This document shows positions 37,501 through 46,085 of a stretch of 64,000 nt of DNA, piece by piece. Both the position numbers and the translations under genes were made by a program. A model generated the notes under the pieces. The model did not search any database. It was given only the letters and a program-made list of their open reading frames with translations, and had not been told where the DNA came from. This DNA comes from a virus (Duplodnaviria > Caudoviricetes), in the IMG/VR virus record IMGVR_UViG_3300028591_000086, positions 32,001 through 96,000 of that record; one strand, 5' to 3'. How positions within the stretch are numbered: the stretch's first letter is position 1; every line of letters begins with the position of its first letter.

Positions 37501-39597
37501 ATAATACATCTTCTTGATGAATCACATTTATCTAGATTGAATAGTGCATATATCTGTGACAATGATAAATATGTATTCACGTATTCTTTCAAATCAATCA
37601 CACAGATATCTAAGAAAACAAACGATTTCAAAAAATTCAATTATGAAAATTTGTTTGGAAATATTGTTGGAATTTTTGCATCTAACGATAATTTATACTT
37701 AGTAGATTCTATTCAAAAAGGAATTCATATACTTAACATTCATAATTACGAATACGATTTTATACCAAATATTCGAGTTGAAGAAGGTTCTAATATAAAA
37801 GCTTCTACAAGCGATAACAGAATATTTGTTCTTATAGATACCAACGTTTATGAATTAATAAATAATAATCTTAATTATATAACATCAGATGTTCCTATAG
37901 ATAATATCCTTGATATAAGATACATTAATGAATATGAATCATTGTATTTCGTATCATGTCCGTCATCTATATCAAATATCAAAATAAGTTCTTATAATTT
38001 AATTAACGATATACTAAAAGAAGTATATGTTACTAATATAAATAATATTGGTAATAAAGCGAATGATTTGTCAAATGTTGGAAACGATTTATATTTACCT
38101 ACTATTAATCTCGATAGATATGGTAACCTAATAGTCATCGGTGGAGATCTTAATGAAATATCATTTAATCCTACACAAGTAACTATATATGACGGTTCTA
38201 ACTATAAAGATTTTGTAAAAATCGCTGGAAAGAACACCGATAATAGAATATTGCGTTCTATTGTAGATGACAATTATTATTATTCTTTAGCAATAGATTC
38301 ATTTGATCAAATAAACTATGTCAAATCTATAAGACCAGAAAATGAATATAGAGGTTCTCTCAATGATGTGGAATCAGGAATAAATTTATCAGTAAATAAA
38401 CAATTTACATTTAATAATGAGTTGTATAAATTATCTGATGACGGTTACATTTTAGTATTCAATAAGAAAACTAAAAACTTTGAATCATTCTCCAATAATA
38501 ATATCCCATTTAGAGGAGAATTTGTTTCCGCTAATTCATATCCTGATGGAACGGTATATTTCGTTTTTGTAACATATGAACTAAAATCAATAATATTCAA
38601 TTTAATAGGATACAACTTAAATACCAAAAAAATCATGTCTAATGTTATAGAACCAGTATATAATACTGTAAGCAATATAATGCATCTCTCAGTTCCTTTA
38701 AACAGTTCTTGGGAGGGAAAATATTTTATAACATCAGTCAATACTCTTCAAAATAGCGTATTAGTTGTGTTAAATGTATTTAAACTTAAAAATATAACCG
38801 TTATGGTTAGACCAATCAACGGAACAACCGATGGAACAATTATTTATTTTAAAGACAGAGTATTTGCGTTTGGTTCTGGGAAATATTTTAGATATGCTAA
38901 ACTCACAGGAACTGATAACGAGATGGTACAGACAGATGTAAACGATGCAGTAGGTATTGGTACATCTGCTGTTATTTCAGGAAATCGCATGTTATTACGA
39001 GGAAGTGAACCTTCAGAATTATCAATATTCAATGGTAATGTAATGAAATCAGATACTAGATTTGTAACTGAAAACTCATCACATTCTATAATCTTACCTA
39101 TTGATAACAATAAAATTGCCACAATAGTTCCAAATAATAATGGAGATTCTATAAATAATAGAACTAGTGTCTATGAATTTAAGAAAAGTCCTATCATATT
39201 TAAAGAAATCAAAGACGATGTCGCTATTAAAATATATTCAGGTGTTACTAAAGATATAATTGTAATGTATAACATATCAAATAATGAAATTTATGATAAA
39301 ATTACATTGGATCATGCTTATGGTTCAAGTATAAGTAAAATGACAAAATACGATGATGATAGTTATATATTAGTTCATTCAGATACTCCTAGAATATCAA
39401 CTCTCGTAATTAATGATAAAAATAAGTTGTCGGTTAAACGTTATGACGGTACAATGTTTGGTGAAATAATAAACACTGGAACTAATTTACACACGGTTCA
39501 AGACATTGATTTAACTATGATTTTTGATAGCGAAATTGATAATGAATCTAGACCTGATGCAGATGCATTATTAAATTCTGTAATAAATAATATGTAA
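31600..39597 (+). CDS. Giant beta-propeller (Kelch/WD-like) protein, putative tail appendage (2665 aa)
   Basis: Kelch-like YIFYING, YIYIFGG and KIERYD motifs. InlB-B-repeat-like KPSMNGYSFIGWS. Late operon. Confidence 0.6.
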   Translation: MGNYVSEELNNGFFQDNNNYEEIGELHASSKNAVVGRIDSRYNATKKKSLLYPDSDRLIYDYYSDASVRDMAIRPIQDSLSEKMLFIGNNFITVYDSDGGNFILKEPKDLLSSLKNPHTTAINPGFAGLDGTETDPDEIERLTDNEIEQICSNLLYCTDLGKYFLIFVDYYGHIVPFKFDPDNFSISKFAPKLFYDELTNNNKLLFKPFILNDILYLFISGVNNRIELWTININDPNPSSFTKDITSCASLGKATIQSSNSEDNSFGITIEEINNQPVIKVFNTVFTANKNELNAIALTIDDKTYTRMEYTVVEKSNFSYSYSGIKEIKTIAANEKIHILILLSNGTLKIIDDGYINNTLNVYTRKNVDSISFFIHNKNNEMSNKNVLRFYNKYNKVNICCKASDDNSENTLNGLFTDTLYAFDNSTWTKSDNLGTNFNYTANMLDYYIHNDVTIVFGYHKLNGIIKPLIKCINPNKNAYVIESTTLTNKEYDRPLDNGLEPNSGIDIVKNVEFGKSKLVKVEIKPEISDTVPENSEISISGKDFYSTGEILWTALYKSGIPFNTQIKSFGRIIIDGHDIPIESVLFTRPDTNKTFGSVLLTFDKMFDINSLEKKYIKLGNVLYPGILFRNNEGFLNDAMISNVFNVDNTFAYDDANNGRLFEDELSLTIKQSIILNEDNKNPIMVVAASGGKIASVDINTGSFTTPNGIDYGKDAPGISSVNIPYNRNDGEIVTMVRGTQKLRNYIIILFTSGKIIKLNILDNTISIPTSPYISNENCKDLTTVYSVKNDVLTYVVNDSTRNIARYDISGGSEGVLLESFNGLKPISNVINIDNNFYFVSKNKKLIRVNLTSAKIHICKDLSDFITRNTDKPCVSMCYDFNDRIYIAVYGNDEKLRYYSLSENTISRYVSTIQKIEFVLGWFNNNLYVIDEISGNNVSSISQIYHTDNDFNNASSERCNISIRNLNFNFDKYITLNHNYIDDKLIISLQTSNNQIYRIPIKNDNDFIDVEIKRIICNEYTTVYDTTKNYIYLTKLGVGISNINDELTNAVNNSSEGVFILGYANNAFYFVKNNKLFAKDLRKSHYNIDNEINVSGSVINLVTRLPQKYVTDNLPLITAVGYADKGNLLAIAFADGSIDSIYLPEFNAGNGYYESNMGDTIENYSRTIYVERTINSDTLLKNVNKPSMNGYSFIGWSYDRSEANLIPVEYKETLNSTMIPAGTTIYGVMKDNIEEYTDRSATRLYAKAGEISNTPIISIEELGDDVYFKTTSKSIRWANDIGVFFNGHDEDFTGQNTSKDSGEFNFKLKSGIYINGAGSVNVGKYIFYINGYNPSAINPQTTVHNGIVVYDSQYNEYAVLSKGTDNLHGSILSRIYPYCHYYNGYIYIFGGLIRRDIHGNGYANGSSAIDDNNNLSKFSRTNKIERYDIRSGEYCILEAKYGPDDRFEYGDTDEQQLIFCGLDEIRHLSELNDNGDYLVGSIYISELNYSDDFKFDLNTESVEINQTEESGYNANDIFHILATVKNKSGSKEIRLKRNLKYNNNNLIEECLYIDNNYNNIKQVLLDNVNPVRKDIFINISEFINEDTFILQILKKTDKELITKKIRINDENEFEILEESISTNTNILYDPMYFDIVTYCKNKVSKVFDIGNNEYLIDNTYKSIKSKDSTYIYTYDKTILHNIANRIEKIENDIPLKAIGNNDKFVFAENNQFIVHFTSTKLVVKKIDNDGNELSISKNIKRINSVSTIYQPKDNIITILLFNDNNTLFKIVSYFIDKHVLIERSINEDTYEYINNNFLYYSEKYNSIYSSKHNKFIRISGIDAESIDDNKEVSFVKKEFVSNIIGYDILSNDTINVYVFSENEDYANIENYQLSETGDIRNLIHSCQLQASNINHELNTNCKIINNTIVSINTDNKIRYYKDNVNYDDVYIPSEASIYHIDESTIRYLLGNERFILHRLYKYNQNNDIIHLLDESHLSRLNSAYICDNDKYVFTYSFKSITQISKKTNDFKKFNYENLFGNIVGIFASNDNLYLVDSIQKGIHILNIHNYEYDFIPNIRVEEGSNIKASTSDNRIFVLIDTNVYELINNNLNYITSDVPIDNILDIRYINEYESLYFVSCPSSISNIKISSYNLINDILKEVYVTNINNIGNKANDLSNVGNDLYLPTINLDRYGNLIVIGGDLNEISFNPTQVTIYDGSNYKDFVKIAGKNTDNRILRSIVDDNYYYSLAIDSFDQINYVKSIRPENEYRGSLNDVESGINLSVNKQFTFNNELYKLSDDGYILVFNKKTKNFESFSNNNIPFRGEFVSANSYPDGTVYFVFVTYELKSIIFNLIGYNLNTKKIMSNVIEPVYNTVSNIMHLSVPLNSSWEGKYFITSVNTLQNSVLVVLNVFKLKNITVMVRPINGTTDGTIIYFKDRVFAFGSGKYFRYAKLTGTDNEMVQTDVNDAVGIGTSAVISGNRMLLRGSEPSELSIFNGNVMKSDTRFVTENSSHSIILPIDNNKIATIVPNNNGDSINNRTSVYEFKKSPIIFKEIKDDVAIKIYSGVTKDIIVMYNISNNEIYDKITLDHAYGSSISKMTKYDDDSYILVHSDTPRISTLVINDKNKLSVKRYDGTMFGEIINTGTNLHTVQDIDLTMIFDSEIDNESRPDADALLNSVINNM

Positions 39598-39615
39598 CAA
39601 AAGGTAGGAGAATTT

Positions 39616-40968
39616 ATGCAAACTTCTAGAAATCCTAAAGTGATTGATAAAGTTCTACAGTATAAACTCCGACCTGTTCTTGATAAGATATCTCAACTAG
39701 AAGTTATTGGTAAAAACAACGATGACTATATCAACAATATAACTTCTAGATTGAGTGCTATTAAAGAAAAGGCAACTGAAGAACTCAACGAATACGAGTT
39801 AGCATCAGCTAAACTCGATAACACTATTTCTAAATCAAATAAAAACCTTTCTAATTTGATAAAGAATACATTATATAATCCTAACTTAAGTACTAATGGA
39901 AGTGGTTCAGGATCGGATCTAACTGAACAAGAAGAAACTAAACTTATAACCGATAAAACTATCGATTCTTGTATATATGGATTAGTGAAAGATGGATTAG
40001 ATTATTCCATTTTCGGTATAACTGGAAAAGGTATTGTTATAAACGATAATTCTTCTGTTATTAATAAAGAGTTTGAATGGAGAAATCCTTCAAATGAAGA
40101 ACATGTTTTTCCATCGTATTATATAAATGATATGATTATGATAGATACATCAAATGTTCTTATTGCCACAAATAATGGAATAGTTTTATACAATATCTAT
40201 GATGAAACTTTTTTATTAATGGATAAAAGTTATGGTCTTCCTAATAATATAGTTCATGAAATCGTTAAAATCCAAACATCTGATAAAGTATTTAGAGGAT
40301 ATCTTGCCCTAACTGAAAAAGGAATTGCTTTCTCACCCGATGCAAAAATGTGGAACGCAATAGATCCTGAATTCACTGAGGTATGTGTAAGTAAAAGTAA
40401 GACTAATCTTATAAATACCCCGCAAGAAATAGTATTTATCGGTACATCAAAAGGAATATATTATTTCGATGTAGATAAATTCATAAACGATGATATTAGA
40501 ACTGTTAAGGAAATACCTGGTTTAAACTTACTTCTTCCATCAATATATATCAATGGTGTAGCATATGATACACACAATGATATTTTAGCGATAGTATCAA
40601 TGAGCGGTTTAAGTGTTGTAAAAAATATAAAAACACTTATTTCTTCTGGAAAAACGATTACTTCTAGTCTTAAAAATAATGATGGAGTACAATATTACAA
40701 TCAATACAATACTATATCGGGTTTAAATACTGCTAGTTGTTATGATTGTATATACACTATAGATGATAAGTTAGTGATCTGTACATCTAATGGTTTAAAC
40801 ATTACTGAGGATTATATAGAATTTAAATCTATAACCAAGACGGTTAATAATTATAATGGAAGCGACGAATTACTAAATTCGTTTATATGTAACAAAATAA
40901 TTAGAAAATCTTCTAACAAATACACTATTCTTCATAGTGTAGGTATAACCGAAGATATAACTATATAA
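39616..40968 (+). CDS. Coiled-coil plus beta-propeller protein (two-component-regulator-propeller-like repeats)
   Basis: Repeats IATNNGI, GLPNNIVHEI, IGTSKGI, LPSIYING and ICTSNGL. Confidence 0.65.
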   Translation: MQTSRNPKVIDKVLQYKLRPVLDKISQLEVIGKNNDDYINNITSRLSAIKEKATEELNEYELASAKLDNTISKSNKNLSNLIKNTLYNPNLSTNGSGSGSDLTEQEETKLITDKTIDSCIYGLVKDGLDYSIFGITGKGIVINDNSSVINKEFEWRNPSNEEHVFPSYYINDMIMIDTSNVLIATNNGIVLYNIYDETFLLMDKSYGLPNNIVHEIVKIQTSDKVFRGYLALTEKGIAFSPDAKMWNAIDPEFTEVCVSKSKTNLINTPQEIVFIGTSKGIYYFDVDKFINDDIRTVKEIPGLNLLLPSIYINGVAYDTHNDILAIVSMSGLSVVKNIKTLISSGKTITSSLKNNDGVQYYNQYNTISGLNTASCYDCIYTIDDKLVICTSNGLNITEDYIEFKSITKTVNNYNGSDELLNSFICNKIIRKSSNKYTILHSVGITEDITI

Positions 40969-40969
40969 A

Positions 40970-41003
40970 TAATTAACTGGAGGCAAATGCCTCCAGTTAA
41001 TTT
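40970..41003. terminator. Bidirectional terminator
   Basis: AATTAACTGGAGGCA / TGCCTCCAGTTAATT. Confidence 0.85.
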
Positions 41004-41005
41004 AT

Positions 41006-41728
41006 TCATGACAATATTTTCATATTTCCAGAATGTTGGGATGAACAAGATAACTTAATTTCTTCTTTAGAATATGTATTAACTATATGATTATAAACTT
41101 CATCATATGAATACATATCGAAATTATCGACAAGAATCAAATTACTCGCATTAGAGTTTTTGATATTACCGTCTATTGGCATAATAACGTGCATATTTCG
41201 ATAAGTTTCAGCAACATATTGATTATATTCAGATTCAGTAATACGATATTTTATACTTTTAAAATATGAATCAGTTAAATCTTTTAACAAACTATATACT
41301 ACCATCGTATCAATTATTTTACCAATATCATATATTATCTTTTTAAAAATCTCATCTTGCATAACATATTTTACACTCTGTTCATCTATTACACATAAAA
41401 TATCATTTAGTACCATATTAGAATATATAGATACTAATTTTTTATATTTATTTTTTTCAATTTTATTATTTTCATCATTATGAAATAAATTTGGATAATT
41501 TTTCTTAACTTCATCCATATTGAAAAAATAAGAATTAACTGAAGATTTATGTGATGAACTGGTATTGAACCTTTTATCATATAAATGTGAAACTACCCTT
41601 AATATGTAACATCCTGAAGAATTAGGGGTGATCTCTAAATCAACTTTTTTATTATTATCTTTATTTAAACTTAAAGAATAAACTCTATTATCTATCTTTC
41701 TAAATAAACGTAAATTAATTTTAGACAT
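41006..41728 (-). CDS. Hypothetical protein (240 aa)
   Basis: Overlaps the end of the upstream gene, which suggests translational coupling. Confidence 0.7.
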   Translation of the reverse strand: MSKINLRLFRKIDNRVYSLSLNKDNNKKVDLEITPNSSGCYILRVVSHLYDKRFNTSSSHKSSVNSYFFNMDEVKKNYPNLFHNDENNKIEKNKYKKLVSIYSNMVLNDILCVIDEQSVKYVMQDEIFKKIIYDIGKIIDTMVVYSLLKDLTDSYFKSIKYRITESEYNQYVAETYRNMHVIMPIDGNIKNSNASNLILVDNFDMYSYDEVYNHIVNTYSKEEIKLSCSSQHSGNMKILS

Positions 41729-42107
41729 TTACATTTTCCTTAGATTTAAAGTTTATTTGAAATTTTCCACAAGAATCTTTACAAACATAAAATCTACTAT
41801 TATCTATATCTACAAATATTTTATCTGTGAAAAGATTATATTTATGTTTTACATGTGTCCACCATTCAATCTCAACAGCTTTAGCTTCTTCCAGATTATT
41901 AAAAGCTTTTTCAAAATATTCTTCTTTTTCTTTATCAGTAAGATTTGTTAATGTATCTAAAGTATTTGGTTGACAAGCTTGTCTAGCGGTAAACAATTTA
42001 GTATTAATTTTTTCATAAACTTCGATGTCTTCTCCATCTATTTTAATATCAAGATATTCTTTAGTATGTGCGCATTTTTTACAATCATGCGATTCGCGTA
42101 GTAACAT
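41721..42107 (-). CDS. Hypothetical protein (128 aa) with an N-terminal CxxC
   Basis: AAGGAG RBS and AACT-TATTTA-TG at 42138-42149. Confidence 0.75.
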   Translation of the reverse strand: MLLRESHDCKKCAHTKEYLDIKIDGEDIEVYEKINTKLFTARQACQPNTLDTLTNLTDKEKEEYFEKAFNNLEEAKAVEIEWWTHVKHKYNLFTDKIFVDIDNSRFYVCKDSCGKFQINFKSKENVNV

Positions 42108-42162
42108 ATTTTTCTCCTTAAAATTTATTTATAAATTCATAAATAAGTTAAAAAATAATTAA

Positions 42163-42198
42163 AAAATAACAGCACCATTTAAAGTGCTGTTATTTTTT
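42163..42198 (-). terminator. Terminator after gyrB
   Basis: AAAATAACAGCAC / GTGCTGTTATTTT. Confidence 0.8.
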
Positions 42199-44574
42199 CT
42201 ATGCATTAGCATCGGTTGATCCTGTCATACAGAACTTCTTTCTTGTCTCAATATCTTTACCAAGACAATAATCTAAAGTTCTAGCAGCAACTTCAGCATC
42301 TTTTATAGTAATACGTCTGATATTACGTGTATTTTTATTCAACAGATAATTTCTAACGTCTGCTGGGTCAGATTCACCAAGACCTTTAATACGTGATACA
42401 GAAGTATTATTATTGATCAATAATCCTTCAATAAATTGAGCATTTCTGTAGCTATTTCCACCATATTTAGTACCAGTATTTTTACCAATAAATACTATAT
42501 CCATTAATCTAATATCTGCTAATCTGTTGGCTATAGGTTTATATACGTTCCAATAGAAATTATTATCAAGGATACAGAAATAATGTTCATATCCTCTATC
42601 TATATTGATATGAAGATGATCTTTTCCCTGTGAGAGTATAGAACAATCATAATCGAGAGCGTTTAAACCTTTAAAGTTTCCAACAACAATATCTGAATAA
42701 TATCTAACAATGTATTCTAGTAATTCTGGACTTAAACCTGTGTGTGGTGAGAACGATTCTATAAATGATTTAAATCCTCTAAGTTTATTTACATAAACTT
42801 TAATAAGGTCTTTAGATAATTTCTTTTTCGTTCTTATATTTTCAGCTTCAAAAGCTTCACTAGCAGTATAAGCTACTACGTCATCAAATGATTTTTGATC
42901 AGGAAGATACAACGTTGTAGAATCTTTTCCTTTACCCACTCGTATTTGGAACAATGGTGGAAGAGCTTCATACAGATATCCTTTTTCTATAATTTCTGGC
43001 ATGTATCTATAGAAGAATCCTGTTAACAAGAGTCTAATGTTTGCTCCATCGGCATCGGCATCAGCACCGAGAATAATAGTATGGAATCTTAAACGATTAA
43101 TGTTAAAGTTTTCACCAAGACCACATCCTAATGCTTCTGTCATCATCTGGTGTTCTTCTGATAATTTAGCAATATGTTGTCCCCAAACATTCTGACCTTT
43201 ACCGCGTACCGCAAATACGGCTTGATACTGTGTGTTTCTAGCAGGTTTTACACTTCCGAAAGCAGAATCTCCTTCTACTATAATCATTTCACTTTCTTCA
43301 GGATTCTTACTACTGCATCCAGCGAATTTTTTCGGATTAATTGAACCAAATGTTATCTTACCAGCCGACGCTTTTATGATATTGTCTTTAGCATCTTTTG
43401 CGGCTTGTCTAGCTTTAGCACTACGTATAACAAGTTTACAAATATTATCTGCTTCTTTCTTATTATTGGCTAACCAAGTTTGTAATAATGGATATAATGA
43501 CGATGATGCGAAAAACATGATGTCACTATTATCCATAGCATCTTTTACTTGGGTTGTGTATTTTGGTGCAGAGTGTTTAGCTGATACTATAAGAACTAAT
43601 GTATCTCTAACGTCATTACCATCAATATCAAATTTAGCATTCTTAGGTAATAAGTTATTCTTATTAATATAATCCTTTATAGCCTTAGTGATAGCCATAT
43701 GGACACCAGTAACATGAGAACCACCATTTATAGTTCTAAGACCATTGACATATGATTCAATATATTCTCCATGTCCATTCTCTGCCCATGAAAAGAACAC
43801 AGAATAATTCATGTTAATAAATTTATCCGGTTTAGTAGGATGAGGTATCTGTTGTGAATTTGCAAAAGTTAACGGTCGTGACACAATATGGAATTTATTT
43901 TTCTTAACAACCACATTTGAAAAATATCCTAATAATCCTTCAGGATGATAATATTCAAAATGTTTATTATCCCAGTTTAATAAAATCTTTAAACCGGCAT
44001 TTATATAAACATTCATATCCATCATATTAGAATACTTATTAAAATCTGCTCCTAATTCTTCAAGTACTTCAATATCCGGTATCCATTCCACTCGTGTACC
44101 AGTAAGAGATTTAGGTTCATCTTTTATCCAGAATACTTTCTCTATGGATTTTTCCGATTCAAAATGTCCATGCTTTCCTCGATATACCGTGTCAACTATA
44201 AACTTCTCAGAAAGAGCATTAATACATTTCAGACCCAATCCATTCAAACCGATACTATAATCATATGTAGATTTACCGAATTTGCCTCCGGTATGGACTT
44301 TTACCAAGGCATCATGAAATACTTCAATAGGAATACCTAACGCATGATCTTCAATTATAAAGTGTGTTTTTCCTGTAGAATCTACATCTATCTTAATCTC
44401 GTTTAATCGTCCAGCATTAAATTCATCAATTTCATTTCCTAAACCTTCTAGAAATAGTCGGTATACACCTTCTTTACCAATAGAACCAATGTATACAGTT
44501 GGTCTAGTTCTAATACCATCCAAACCTTCGTGAGATTCGAATGATTCAGCTGTGTATTCTTTATTCTGTTGCAT
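42199..44574 (-). CDS. gyrB: Type IIA topoisomerase B subunit (GyrB-like)
   Basis: EGLDGIRTRPTVYIG, GHKL motifs (EDHALGIP, HTGGKF, GLNGLG), TOPRIM EGDSA and DADADG, C-terminal RIKGLGE, and an insertion of about 170 aa in the TOPRIM region. Confidence 0.93.
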   Translation of the reverse strand: MQQNKEYTAESFESHEGLDGIRTRPTVYIGSIGKEGVYRLFLEGLGNEIDEFNAGRLNEIKIDVDSTGKTHFIIEDHALGIPIEVFHDALVKVHTGGKFGKSTYDYSIGLNGLGLKCINALSEKFIVDTVYRGKHGHFESEKSIEKVFWIKDEPKSLTGTRVEWIPDIEVLEELGADFNKYSNMMDMNVYINAGLKILLNWDNKHFEYYHPEGLLGYFSNVVVKKNKFHIVSRPLTFANSQQIPHPTKPDKFINMNYSVFFSWAENGHGEYIESYVNGLRTINGGSHVTGVHMAITKAIKDYINKNNLLPKNAKFDIDGNDVRDTLVLIVSAKHSAPKYTTQVKDAMDNSDIMFFASSSLYPLLQTWLANNKKEADNICKLVIRSAKARQAAKDAKDNIIKASAGKITFGSINPKKFAGCSSKNPEESEMIIVEGDSAFGSVKPARNTQYQAVFAVRGKGQNVWGQHIAKLSEEHQMMTEALGCGLGENFNINRLRFHTIILGADADADGANIRLLLTGFFYRYMPEIIEKGYLYEALPPLFQIRVGKGKDSTTLYLPDQKSFDDVVAYTASEAFEAENIRTKKKLSKDLIKVYVNKLRGFKSFIESFSPHTGLSPELLEYIVRYYSDIVVGNFKGLNALDYDCSILSQGKDHLHINIDRGYEHYFCILDNNFYWNVYKPIANRLADIRLMDIVFIGKNTGTKYGGNSYRNAQFIEGLLINNNTSVSRIKGLGESDPADVRNYLLNKNTRNIRRITIKDAEVAARTLDYCLGKDIETRKKFCMTGSTDANA

Positions 44575-44601
44575 TATTACACTTCCTTCTATTATTTATA
44601 A

Positions 44602-44699
44602 CATACTTAAGTTTTCTATTCTATAATATAATATATCAATCATTTTTATTTATAAAAATAAATAAAATATCATTATGTTAAATTTGAAACATTTTTATG
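44602..44699. promoter_or_regulatory. Divergent promoter region between gyrB and the baseplate gene
   Basis: Minus strand: AACT-TAAGTA-TG (44602-44613) and overlapping TATATTAT copies (44623-44635). Plus strand: AACA-TTTTTA-TG (44688-44699). Confidence 0.65.
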
Positions 44700-44714
44700 A
44701 AAAGAGGTATTATT

Positions 44715-45155
44715 ATGAGTAATAAAACTGCTACAACTAAAGTTGTAGATTTTATACCAGAATTCGGTATTAGTGGAGATTTTAAGAAAATAACAGAATA
44801 CGATTTTCTTAAATATAACTCTCTAATCATACCAATAGTTACTCTCTTAAATATGGAAAAAGGTTCCAATACTATAATACCTGATATGGGTTGTAAAGAT
44901 ATTCTCTTACAATTTCCATTTTGTGAAGAAGATAATATAGAACAATTGGTTAATTCTTTAAATACAGAATTGAACAGATGGAGCGAAGTTAACTGCTCCG
45001 CATATATAGATACTAAAAAGACAGATTGGTCTACGGGCGAAGTGACATTAGCAATTGATATATTCGGAATACCCGCGCCATTATATGTTACTGTTAATAA
45101 AGATAAAGCTTCTGCACAACAGATAAAAATAGTTCCACCTTCCATATTTTCATAG
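44715..45155 (+). CDS. Baseplate wedge protein, gp25/GPW-like (start corrected from 44697)
   Basis: IVTLLNMEKGSNTIIPDMGC fits the gp25 LL-T-x-x-G-x-x-x-x-x-P-D-x-G pattern. GAGGT RBS. Confidence 0.65.
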   Translation: MSNKTATTKVVDFIPEFGISGDFKKITEYDFLKYNSLIIPIVTLLNMEKGSNTIIPDMGCKDILLQFPFCEEDNIEQLVNSLNTELNRWSEVNCSAYIDTKKTDWSTGEVTLAIDIFGIPAPLYVTVNKDKASAQQIKIVPPSIFS

Positions 45156-45166
45156 GAGGAATATAA

Positions 45167-45967
45167 ATGAGTTTGTATAACGATGAAGAAAATTATTACA
45201 AAGACGATGATGATTATGAATACACTAAAAACATAGAACAAAAGAAAAAACTTGAAATAAAAAACACAGATAAAACGACTGATAACAAAATTGATGAAAA
45301 AACTAAAATAAAATTAAATCATGTTACAGATACATCAACTTATGAAACTGATAAACAAATGATACTTATAACTCCTGAACAAGCCCAAACAGAATATGAA
45401 AATCAACAAAAAATTAAAAATTTTGAATTAACTAAAGAATATGCTAATCCTGTGTTTGCTCAAGCGGTTAAACAAGTAGAAGATAAATTAAAACGAAAAA
45501 TAAATTATGATGAATTTGACAAAATGTGTAAAACTTATGCTGGTGAATTAGCTAATGCTGATGCTAGATCATTAAATCGTGCTCCTAAAGAGGAAGATTT
45601 CGATAAATATTATAACGATTTGATACAAAATAAAACAGTAAAACCGTTATATAAAAATTATGGAGCTAGATTAGAAGTGCAAAAGGTTGATGAAATATAT
45701 GATTTATATCTCAAGGCAAAAGATAAAATCGATTCATCAACTATCAAATCTAGCATGAATAAACCTATAAATATTCATCATAAAGGCAAGGTAGAATTTC
45801 AAGATTTTGAAAATCGTAAAAAAATAACCATAAATAATGAAAACGATGTCAAATTATTACATATGCAATATAGAAAAGATTTCCTAGATAAAAGATTTGG
45901 TAATGAAATACAAAAAGAAACAGGAATCGCAAATAATAAAATACATGATAATGAAGGTTTCGAATAA
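45167..45967 (+). CDS. Hypothetical charged protein (266 aa)
   Basis: AGGAG RBS, co-transcribed with the gp25-like gene. Confidence 0.75.
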   Translation: MSLYNDEENYYKDDDDYEYTKNIEQKKKLEIKNTDKTTDNKIDEKTKIKLNHVTDTSTYETDKQMILITPEQAQTEYENQQKIKNFELTKEYANPVFAQAVKQVEDKLKRKINYDEFDKMCKTYAGELANADARSLNRAPKEEDFDKYYNDLIQNKTVKPLYKNYGARLEVQKVDEIYDLYLKAKDKIDSSTIKSSMNKPINIHHKGKVEFQDFENRKKITINNENDVKLLHMQYRKDFLDKRFGNEIQKETGIANNKIHDNEGFE

Positions 45968-45973
45968 TTTCAT

Positions 45974-46005
45974 AATATGAGCGGGGCAATTCCCGCTCAT
46001 ATTTT
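45974..46005 (+). terminator. Intrinsic terminator
   Basis: AATATGAGCGGG / CCCGCTCATATT followed by Ts. Confidence 0.85.
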
Positions 46006-46035
46006 TAAAGAAAATTAACCGTTTTTAATAAGAAA

Positions 46036-46047
46036 AACATTATAATG
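46036..46047 (+). promoter_or_regulatory. Late promoter
   Basis: AACA-TTATAA-TG upstream of the 2808-aa gene. Confidence 0.7.
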
Positions 46048-46085
46048 CATATCAATTAATAAACTATCATTTTAAGGAGAAAAAC

